Assembly: GCA_903938815.1 (NCBI GenBank)
Contig: CAJAES010000027.1
Coordinates: 1,324 to 65,323 of the forward strand
Source: an uncultured beta proteobacterium
GTDB taxonomy: Bacteria; Pseudomonadota; Gammaproteobacteria; Burkholderiales; Burkholderiaceae_C
Reading direction: 5' to 3'
DNA length: 64,000 nucleotides
Shown: one piece after another, positions 58,701-64,000 of the stretch
How the letters are laid out: every line of letters begins with the position of its first letter
How positions within the stretch are numbered: the stretch's first letter is position 1
Notes under the pieces: generated by a model
What the model was told of the DNA's origin: nothing
Databases searched by the model: none
Seen by the model: only the letters and a program-made list of their open reading frames with translations
Made by a program: the position numbers and the translations under genes

Positions 58701-60938
58701 CATCACGTCCGACACGGTGGCGCAGCGCAGCAGCGCGCCTTCCAGCAGATCATGGCTGAGAACCTGGCCTTCGGGCAGGCGGCCCGCCAGCACGTCGTGC
58801 ATCGCGGCCACGTCGATGAGGCCCTTGCCGCTGAAGCTGCCGGCGCCGAACAGATCCTGATAGACCTCCGAGCTGGCGGCGCTGTAGGGATCGATGCCAC
58901 CTTGCCCTGCGAAGAGCCAATGGAACGGCGTACGCCGTTCGCGGCCGGTGAGCGGCGTCGCGATGCGGGGCTGCAGGACGCCGTGGCCTGCGATGACGCG
59001 GCGGCCCGCTGCGTCGAGCCTAGGGCGGTGGCGCGGGTGCGCCGCGACGGCAACCAGCGAGCGCAGCTGGCCCGGGGGCAGCACCGTATCGGCGTCGAGC
59101 GTGAGCAGGTAGGTCGTTCCCGGCAGCGGGCGCGACAGCGGCCCGAGATCGGCGAACGCGTCCATCTCGCCGCTGACCAGCGCCTGCACGAGCTGTTCGA
59201 GTTTTCCGCGCTTTCGCTCCCAGCCGATCCAGCACTGTTCGGTCTCGCTGAAGCGTCGCGGGCGGTGCAGCAGCAGGAACCTCGGCGTTGCGCCGGCCAG
59301 GCCCGGTGCGGCGTTCAACGCGGACACCTCGGCCACGGCCAGGGCCAGCAAGGCGGCATCCCTGTCGGTGTGTTCGGTGGCAGCGTCGGGCAGGTCGGTC
59401 AGCAGCGCGAACTGCGCGTTCGGCTCGACGTTCGCCAGATGGTGCAACAGCAGCCGATGGGCCAGGCCCTTCACGGTGGCGGCATCGCTCAGCATCGACG
59501 GGATGACGACGAGCACGCGCTGCGCCGCCTCGATGCCCTGTGCCAGCGCCAGGCGGGGCAGCGGGCGCGGCCGCAGCGATTCGCCGATCAGCCGGTGCAT
59601 CACCGCCAGCGCCGCCTCGGACGCCGGAATCAGGGCCAGGACGACCAGCCACCAGGGCCCGTGCGCACCGATGGCCAGGAAGACCAGCCCGCCCGTGACC
59701 AGCAGAAGCAGGCCGAGGTAGGCCCCCAACGCCAGGCCGGCCAGGCCCTGCCGGGGAACGGACCCGGCACGCAGGCCGAGGCGGCGGCGCATGGCCGGGC
59801 GGCCACCCCCGTCCAGCCAGTGGCCGGCCGTGGTGGCTTCGGGCTTGACGGCCTCCTTCATGCATTGCAGCAGCACGGAGGCCACATGGAGTTCGCTGCG
59901 CCCGCTGCGCCGCGCCAGATGCTCGATCCCCTGCAGCGCCTGACCGCGCGTGAGCATGTGGTCGGCGGCGAAGGCCGGCGCCTGCATCATGCGGTGCATC
60001 AGTGCGCTTCCGCGCGAGACGATGTCGCTCCAGTCGGCGGCGTCGATCTCGCGCAGCGCAGTGACGGCGTTGCCGACGCTCAGGTTGTCCGCGCTCTGGT
60101 CGGCGCTGTCCTGGGCCTGTGCGGCTGCGGGGTTTGGCAGAGCACTGGCGAGCCAGGCGCGCGCGGCGGCCAGCGCCGGCGCTTCGCCCGCGAGGGGCAG
60201 GGGCGGCAGCTGCAGTGCCAGCTGCGTGAGGAACACCGTACCCACGCCGCGACGCGCCAGCGACTCGAGGATCGCATCCAGCATCTCGGGCGTATACGTG
60301 TGAAGGTTGTCGCCGCACAGGCGCGCAAGCTCGCGCGCGGCCTGTTGCGTGGCCAGCCGCTCGGCCAGGCGGCGCAGCGCCTCCACGAGCACGATGCGCA
60401 GCGTGGTGGGCAACGCCCACAGCTCGCCGAGCCCGAGATCTCGGGTCTGCTGATAGGCGCGCAGGTACGCGACCAGCAGGTCCTCGTCGAAGGCCCCGTC
60501 GGTGTGGGCCACGAATGCCCACGCGACGCCGTAGACGCGTGGCAGGCCTGCCAGCGGCGGCTCCTGCAGCAAGGGCAGGCTGCGGAAGTAGCGCTGCGGC
60601 AGGCCCTCGTGGATCTGCTGGAGCTGCGCCTCGATGAGGTGGAAGTTGTCCAGCAGCCATTCGCCGGCCGGGCTGGTGTCGCCGCCCTCGGCCATGGACG
60701 CGCCGATGCAGCGCTGCGCCTCGCGCAACGCGGCGATGTTGTCGTCGAGCCGGGTGCGGAAGGTCGGGGCGCGCCAGCCGCCGAGCTTCGCGCGATGCGT
60801 CGAGGCCAGGCTGCGGGCGTGCTGCTCGAAGCGTTCGGTGCCGAAGATCTCGGCTCGGATCGGCGCGGCCAGCAGGCCGCGGGCGGGGTTCAGCAAATCG
60901 GCCAGCGGCCTGGCGAGCGCCGCGGGTGCCGTCACCAC
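52761..60938 (-). CDS. ndvB: Cyclic beta-1,2-glucan synthase (NdvB/ChvB/Cgs family: GT84 plus GH94-like phosphorylase domains)
   Basis: 2725-aa ORF with a GTG start. N-terminus PIRAEIFGTERFEQHARSLA. Multi-TM region. GT motifs YLLTLDADT and HRWMRGDWQ. Long C-terminal glycoside-phosphorylase-like region. Confidence 0.9.
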   Translation of the reverse strand: MVTAPAALARPLADLLNPARGLLAAPIRAEIFGTERFEQHARSLASTHRAKLGGWRAPTFRTRLDDNIAALREAQRCIGASMAEGGDTSPAGEWLLDNFHLIEAQLQQIHEGLPQRYFRSLPLLQEPPLAGLPRVYGVAWAFVAHTDGAFDEDLLVAYLRAYQQTRDLGLGELWALPTTLRIVLVEALRRLAERLATQQAARELARLCGDNLHTYTPEMLDAILESLARRGVGTVFLTQLALQLPPLPLAGEAPALAAARAWLASALPNPAAAQAQDSADQSADNLSVGNAVTALREIDAADWSDIVSRGSALMHRMMQAPAFAADHMLTRGQALQGIEHLARRSGRSELHVASVLLQCMKEAVKPEATTAGHWLDGGGRPAMRRRLGLRAGSVPRQGLAGLALGAYLGLLLLVTGGLVFLAIGAHGPWWLVVLALIPASEAALAVMHRLIGESLRPRPLPRLALAQGIEAAQRVLVVIPSMLSDAATVKGLAHRLLLHHLANVEPNAQFALLTDLPDAATEHTDRDAALLALAVAEVSALNAAPGLAGATPRFLLLHRPRRFSETEQCWIGWERKRGKLEQLVQALVSGEMDAFADLGPLSRPLPGTTYLLTLDADTVLPPGQLRSLVAVAAHPRHRPRLDAAGRRVIAGHGVLQPRIATPLTGRERRTPFHWLFAGQGGIDPYSAASSEVYQDLFGAGSFSGKGLIDVAAMHDVLAGRLPEGQVLSHDLLEGALLRCATVSDVMLMEDAPADAEVAASRAHRWMRGDWQLLPFLVGRGLRRLDRWKMLDNLRRSLLAPASLVLLLVALAGLGGSPLAMLMLVLGAHAAGPLMGALAGLLPDRLDVAARYFYRQGLIDLSRALGTGLWHLAMLGHQALAAVDAIGRTLYRLVVSRRHLLAWTTAAAAGARGRSPLQALLRRQATTPLLALLATVGLLATGTPAPALVVALGLLWASAPLWSWWASRPLPAERPLSVTDRLWLERLAHDTWGLFDRCVGADDNHLPPDNLQFMPHEAIAHRTSPTNIGMYLLSAACARRFGWIGPKALATRLEATLGTLDRLARHRGHFLNWYDTQTLQPLQPMYVSTVDSGNLSGHLLAVAAACRETGVDESPGTTERLHALALRCETLAWAPEFGFLYHRRRHLLHIGYRLGDQTLDTACYDLLASESRLTSLIAIAKGDVPVRHWAALGRPSVAVGATAGLRSWSGSMFEYLMPGLVIDEPPGSVLDQACRAAVAEQQAFGAAQGVPWGVSESAHAGRDHTLAYQYGPQGVPGMALRRTPADELVVAPYATVMAIELAPAAVLANLAKLEKLDARGTLGFIEAIDYSPGRQAPGQSSTRVGTFMAHHQGMSLVALAQVLLDGAPRRWGMTAAPIEALLPLLHERPPRQIARRQPSWGEPPASALPLRTPVLRREVSPGAHALSPTHVLSNGHYSLTLRPNGAGESRWRGRGLSRSRDDALRDEHGSFVFMRRHASAPLVSLTQHPAPDANAAYTSVFHADRVAFDARWPDLAAQLTVWVSPEDDIEFRQVELRNLGSHPLTLTLVSAFEPTLSDARADEAHPAFSNLFLQARWREGPRALVFERRPRLAGEPALWAAHFIAGCDVPLTDVRVQTDRARWRGRHRGMQHPLAELDEPPVHNGPSGVVLDTGLDPMSALAATLRLAPGGKAVLTWATAASDDAAVLTAVIDKYRQPGPVLRASLMSATLADIRLRGLHIGPDTFAAVQTLSTLLMQTLVRPGAAPEDADAVPVAVQVAVPAAVSTAPPAFSARGACDRRLLWRFGISGDRPILLVTVRVTQDTGLLRTLSQALQIWSWGGVACDLIIVNAEPPSYQSPLQQALAGMADPGGGLYRLRADELTLEDSATLQALARVHLMADGRPLSRHVQDLASAHDAAFDRRQDVPGTPVGTRPAPDARQALPAGRFDAETGDFVFAVDARTRPARPWVNVLAQPGFGALLSESGSGMSWAHNSRMHQITAWSNDPVADTPAEWFLLQDERTRDAWSLAPSAWGDADATYTVRHGQGESSIEHRHGDLAVRVAWCVDADAAVKHVSVEMVNHGTRTRSLRLAGMAEWMMGTRRGDRATVRTAQAAVGRARVLMATQDERGAGFGGATAFLALSEAADDWTTDRREFFDTRGRLVLPDHLGRRFGGGLDPCAAIATRVSLAPGASARRVFLLGHADTAADALALAARALALPPAERTATARARWDALLGATTVKTPDPLFDVLVNRWLLYQAVACRLWAKAGFYQAGGATGFRDQLQDTMSLAWAAPAMLRAQIVLCASRQFAAGDVQHWWHAPQGAGVRTHVSDDLLWLPLAVAQHQEATGDASLLDERVPFLEGAEVPAGAEDIYETPVPGTDVASVYEHAARAIDHSLRVGQHGLPLMGSGDWNDGMNRVGHEGRGESVWLGWFLCSVVAAFAPLARARGDADRADRWEASAVGWRAALESEGWDGQWYRRAFFDDGTALGSRASTEARIDLIAQAWSVLSDVAPPARQRAAMQAAEALLVDPTGGLLRLLDPPLNRAEPAAGYIQAYPAGVRENGGQYAHAAVWALMARARLAAGPHAKPGDRDAVYRWFGFLSPAHRTAHPVHGRVYGLEPYVMAGDICTQAPHVGRGGWSWYTGAAGWLHRAAVESVFGLKLSVRSLHFEPCLPTHWPRAELTLRRDGRRMHFCFVQGDGTGDAMDAPDSRPLAVGEALDWTVLGPDSHFTVRVPAERR

Positions 60939-61165
60939 ACCTGCGCGGCGATACCGATCAGCAGCAGCAGGGCCAGCAGCACCGAGATCATGCGCGGCGC
61001 CAGGAATCGGTAGAGCACTTCACCGACGCACTGCAGGAAGAACATGCGCCCGGTCTCGGCCTGGCAGTGGCCCAGGTGTTCTCCCAGTTCGCGCAGTTCG
61101 GCGGGGCGTGTGTGTGCCTCGCGGCCGTGCGCGGATGTGGTCCAGGCGGGTCGTGCGTCGATCAT
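60932..61165 (-). CDS. Small hypothetical membrane protein (77 aa) overlapping the ndvB start
   Basis: ATG 61165 with GGGAGG SD 6 nt upstream. High GC3. C-terminal TM MISVLLALLLLIGIAAQVW. Its TGA overlaps the ndvB GTG (GTGGTGA). Confidence 0.45.
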   Translation of the reverse strand: MIDARPAWTTSAHGREAHTRPAELRELGEHLGHCQAETGRMFFLQCVGEVLYRFLAPRMISVLLALLLLIGIAAQVW

Positions 61166-61330
61166 GCGGACCTCCCGCAGACAAGGGCGATGGCGTGGCG
61201 GCTGGGATGTCGGATCTGCATGGCAACCTTCTGTCGGCGTGAGCCGCGGATGGAGGGGAATTGACGGCCGGATGGCATGCCGCTGTTGTAGGCCGCAGCC
61301 CTTGCCGCGGTCTGTGCGCTGCCGCCCGGT

Positions 61331-61370
61331 GCGCTCTTCTGAGCTCCACCTTGCTCCACCGTGCTCTGCC
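61331..61370. repeat. Four 10-bp phased units containing GCTC (gcgctcttct gagctccacc ttgctccacc gtgctctgcc)
   Basis: Direct reading. Located in the divergent spacer between the ndvB operon and the DUF3309 gene. Confidence 0.6.
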
Positions 61371-61473
61371 GTCCTGTGTGCGCCAGTGCACCGACCCCGG
61401 GAGACCGGTCCCTTAGGCTGACAAGGTCGTCGGCATTGGCCTGCGACAACCCCATTCGCCACCGGAGAAGACC

Positions 61474-61632
61474 ATGAGTCTCGGCACCATCCTGCTCATC
61501 ATCCTGATACTTGCCCTCATTGGCGCACTGCCTTCGTGGCCCCACAGCAGGAGCTGGGGTTTCGGCCCGTCGGGCGGGCTCGGCGTGATCGTCATCATCC
61601 TGCTGGTGCTGGTCCTGACCGGTCGCCTCTGA
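61474..61632 (+). CDS. DUF3309 family small membrane protein (52 aa)
   Basis: Below the ORF-track size cutoff. GGAGAAG SD. MSLGTILLIILILALIGALPSWPHSRSWGFGPSGGLGVIVIILLVLVLTGRL matches the DUF3309 pattern. Confidence 0.75.
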   Translation: MSLGTILLIILILALIGALPSWPHSRSWGFGPSGGLGVIVIILLVLVLTGRL

Positions 61633-61648
61633 GGCGCACGGAGACATC

Positions 61649-62131
61649 GTGAACGCACTCGGCCGCGCCACCATGATCCCGGACACCCGCCTGCTCCAGA
61701 CCTGGACAGCCACCGCGCTGGCGGGCGGGGCCCTGGATCTTCTGTGGCGCAGCCTGGTGTCCGTGCCGCCCCACGCCGGGGCTGACCCTTTGCTGACGCC
61801 TCTGTTCCACGGTGTGCTGGCCCTGGCACTGGTGGTCTTCGCCGTCGCGCCGTACGGCGAGCCGAATGCATGGCGCCGCGCCTTGCCCCTGGCGGCAGCG
61901 ATCGGTGCTGTCACCTATGCGGGGCTGGCGCTGCGGCAGCCTGCCGATGGCGAGATGCGCAGCGTCCTCATGGTGTCGATCGACATCGCCTGGGGCGCGC
62001 TGGCAGGCGCGCTGGGCGCGGCAGCGGGCAAGGCGTGGCTCGGCCGGCTGAGTGCCGCGGAGGTGTCAGCCTGGCGCCTGTCCGCGCCGAAGTCCTCTTC
62101 GGCCACGAACGGCCGGAAGCCCGGGCCGTGA
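61649..62131 (+). CDS. Hypothetical membrane protein
   Basis: GTG start with GGAGA 4 nt upstream, 17 nt after the DUF3309 stop. Several hydrophobic segments. No family recognised. Confidence 0.5.
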   Translation: MNALGRATMIPDTRLLQTWTATALAGGALDLLWRSLVSVPPHAGADPLLTPLFHGVLALALVVFAVAPYGEPNAWRRALPLAAAIGAVTYAGLALRQPADGEMRSVLMVSIDIAWGALAGALGAAAGKAWLGRLSAAEVSAWRLSAPKSSSATNGRKPGP

Positions 62132-62145
62132 GCGCCGCCTTGTCT

Positions 62146-62436
62146 TCAGGCCTGGCGGGCGGGTGTGAGATCCGATTCGCGCAGCAGCACCGGCTCGATG
62201 GAGCCGCGCGCGATGCGCGCCCTGACAGCCGCCTCGATGGTGCCGCGATGGGCGAGATAGGTCTCGACGGCATTTCCGCCATCGAACTCCCCGTGAAAGC
62301 AGAAGTGCAGGATCTCCTTTCGCACGATGGCGCCGACGTATTGACCGTCGGTGTCCAGAACCCAGAAGCGCACGGCTCCGGAGTCGTGGTGGAAGTAGGG
62401 GGCTGGCGGCGGGCCTGGATCGGTGATTGGAGTCAT
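62146..62436 (-). CDS. DUF1488 family protein
   Basis: ATG 62436 with GGAGGG SD. 96 aa. AVRFWVLDTDGQYVGAIVRKEILHFCFHGEF...AVETYLAHRGTIEAAVRARI fits DUF1488. Confidence 0.6.
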   Translation of the reverse strand: MTPITDPGPPPAPYFHHDSGAVRFWVLDTDGQYVGAIVRKEILHFCFHGEFDGGNAVETYLAHRGTIEAAVRARIARGSIEPVLLRESDLTPARQA

Positions 62437-62778
62437 CCCTCCAGCATCGGGCGCGACGCCGCTGGCGTCGGTGCGCCAGCCCACGCAGGACGGCTCGTCA
62501 TCACGCCACGGCATCTCGGCCTGGCGGCGGCAGTACTGAGCCTCGTCGCGCTTCTGGTGGCGTTCCAGCACGTGGTGCGGTTGTCGGCGCGTCAGGGCGA
62601 CATGCGCCGCGCTGCGGAGGTGGCACTGCAGGAGGCAGGGGTCCGGTGCGATGTCCTGAACACGCGAGCCGCTCGCTCGGAGTGCCGCTCCAGCCTGGTT
62701 CCCGTGCCCCGCGACAGTGCATCCCTCGAGCGCGCGGTCGCCGTGATCGAGCGCTAGCCGACCGCCCGCCAACAACAA

Positions 62779-63066
62779 CTATTGCGCGGGCGGGTCGCGA
62801 CGGGCCGAGAGGGCCCGCCAGGCCAGTTGCGACAGCAATCCGGTGGCGAAGGCGGGCCGGAAGGCCCAACGCCACGGACGAGTAGCCGCCAGAAGGCCTC
62901 CGGCGGCCGCTACAACGCTGACGAGCGCCCACGGGTGGTCGTGAGCCAGCACCGTCACCGTCGCCGCCAGGGGCGAGGGCGGTGGGTGCTGGCGCCGTGC
63001 CGCCAGGCGCTCGGCGATCACCGCGCGCGAGGCGGCCAGCCGTTCTTCGGTCGTCTGCGGGTTCAT
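62779..63066 (-). CDS. YqjK-like small protein
   Basis: The ATG at 63066 overlaps the upstream stop (ATGA). 95 aa. It is the third gene of a DUF883/holin-like/YqjK-type arrangement. Confidence 0.45.
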   Translation of the reverse strand: MNPQTTEERLAASRAVIAERLAARRQHPPPSPLAATVTVLAHDHPWALVSVVAAAGGLLAATRPWRWAFRPAFATGLLSQLAWRALSARRDPPAQ

Positions 63067-63458
63067 GAACGTTCTCCATCGATCCGGAACTCGCGCAGCG
63101 TGGCGCGGTCCAGCCCGGTCTGTGCCCGCAGGCGTGCGAAGGCCGGACTGGCGTGGTTCGGCCTGTTCAGTGCCAGGACACCACCGACCAGCGGCAGAAG
63201 CGGCACGATCACGGCCGCCCAGGGCCACCCTGCGGGCCAGGCGGGCAACGCCGCCCACAGCAGCACCGAAACGCCGGCGAGAGTGGCGGCCACGGCCAGG
63301 CACAGACCGCCTGCAAGCTGCCACGCCAGGCGTCGGCCCAGCGTGGACAGTGCGGCAGCGCCGTCATCGGCCGCCAGTGCGGCATAGGCCGCAGCGTGCT
63401 CGACCACGAGGTCGGGCTGCTGCAGCGCCAGCCGCCACAGGGGGTGCCAGGGGCGCAT
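63063..63458 (-). CDS. Phage holin family (YqjE-like) membrane protein
   Basis: ATG 63458. Two TM segments followed by a charged tail. Its position downstream of a DUF883 gene mirrors the yqjD-yqjE-yqjK order. Confidence 0.55.
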   Translation of the reverse strand: MRPWHPLWRLALQQPDLVVEHAAAYAALAADDGAAALSTLGRRLAWQLAGGLCLAVAATLAGVSVLLWAALPAWPAGWPWAAVIVPLLPLVGGVLALNRPNHASPAFARLRAQTGLDRATLREFRIDGERS

Positions 63459-63472
63459 CAGGAACGAAGCGT

Positions 63473-63778
63473 TCAGTGCGAACGACCGAGCGCGCGCACG
63501 AGCAGGCCGCCGAGCACCACCAGCAGCATGCCGGTGCCGGCCGCGATCAGCACGGCGGGCAGCGGGCGCTCCTGGATGTAGCGGGTCGTCGAGTCGCGGG
63601 CGTGGCGGGCACCTGCCTGCAGCGCGTGGGCGCCGTCCAGGGCCATGTTGCGTGCGTCGCGGCTCATGCCGTCCAGCGTGTCGGCTGCAGCGCGGCCGGC
63701 GGCGTGGAGAACCGGGTCGAGTGTCGAGGCGGCTTTGTCGAGGCTGGCGCTGGTGTTGGGGTAGGGCGTGTTCTGCAT
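63473..63778 (-). CDS. DUF883 family membrane-anchored protein (ElaB/YqjD/YgaM-like)
   Basis: ATG 63778. 101 aa. Helical N-terminal part and C-terminal anchor RYIQERPLPAVLIAAGTGMLLVVLGGLL. Confidence 0.75.
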   Translation of the reverse strand: MQNTPYPNTSASLDKAASTLDPVLHAAGRAAADTLDGMSRDARNMALDGAHALQAGARHARDSTTRYIQERPLPAVLIAAGTGMLLVVLGGLLVRALGRSH

Positions 63779-63846
63779 GGCTGACTTTCGTTGGAGGGGG
63801 ACAGGTCTGGAGCATGCGCGGCCGGGAGGTGCCTGTCGGTGCGCCA

Positions 63847-63882
63847 GCGAACGTGGCTGCGAACGTGGCGGCGAACGTGGCC
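63847..63882. repeat. 3 x 12-bp tandem repeat GCGAACGTGGCN
   Basis: gcgaacgtggct gcgaacgtggcg gcgaacgtggcc lies in the divergent spacer between the DUF883 gene and the next + strand gene. Confidence 0.9.
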
Positions 63883-63974
63883 GCGCCCACATGGCTGCGG
63901 CCCAAGGTGCGTTGGCAGACAGACGGGCCGGAGCCCGCTGCCCAGACTGCGCAGGTCGAAAAGAAGGAAATCCC

Positions 63975-64000
63975 ATGAAGAACCGCTGGTCCGTCCCTGC
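63975..64000 (+). CDS. Start of an unidentified gene (MKNRWSVP...), truncated by the window end
   Basis: AAGGAAA SD 5 nt upstream of ATG 63975. Only 8 codons are visible. Confidence 0.3.

Overview
This is a 64-kb, very GC-rich chromosomal segment with long shadow ORFs on the antisense strand throughout. Gene content looks like a Burkholderiales or Comamonadaceae-type betaproteobacterium; that is an inference from protein families, not a search result. I support about 60 genes.

Gene order, left to right:
- A truncated DUF3348-like gene and two SAM-dependent methyltransferases.
- modE, divergent from modABC, with a dyad operator between them.
- A putative copper-uptake operon: DUF2946, a TonB-dependent receptor and an accessory protein.
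- An SGNH hydrolase.
- An enone/aldehyde detoxification trio: an MDR reductase, an Old Yellow Enzyme and an aldehyde dehydrogenase.
- A membrane GGDEF diguanylate cyclase.
- A di-haem cytochrome c peroxidase, divergent from a BaeSR-like two-component pair.
- tRNA-Ser(UGA), apaH, a CNNM/TlyC-type protein and a SapC-family protein.
- A VanA-like oxygenase, a GntR regulator and a VanB-like reductase.
- A five-gene Liv-type ABC importer and a MetE-like methyltransferase.
- dusC, a 664-aa orphan lipoprotein, a decayed MFS pseudogene and an M17 aminopeptidase.
- A PaaK-like ligase, divergent from a PaaG-like hydratase.
- A TPR-like protein, a small ORF and a second SGNH hydrolase.
- From about 42.7 kb to the end, a dense run of stress and envelope genes: GlsB/YmgE, a PHB-depolymerase-type esterase, three Crp/Fnr regulators, PRC-barrel, transglutaminase, Anbu, a KaiC-like module, CsbD, BON, the 2725-aa cyclic beta-1,2-glucan synthase NdvB, DUF3309, DUF1488 and a YqjD/E/K-like trio.

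Best candidate for an undescribed system: the four-gene module at 47897-52026. Its genes overlap stop-to-start, so they are likely translationally coupled. In order they are:
- an orphan 144-aa protein;
- a KaiC-family double ATPase that lacks the canonical phosphosites, with no kaiA or kaiB present;
- a protein with no recognisable sensor domain that fuses an intact GGDEF domain to a histidine-kinase core whose H-box His is Glu;
- a Crp-like regulator.

This module lies directly downstream of a minimal PRC-barrel/transglutaminase/Anbu operon.

Other items worth a second look:
- six 11-bp helically phased repeats whose minus strand reads TGGCAC;
- several other short tandem repeats in promoter regions;
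- a 4 x 29-bp repeat between apaH and tRNA-Ser;
- the frameshifted and internally shortened MFS gene.

No CRISPR array, transposase, integrase or rRNA was seen.
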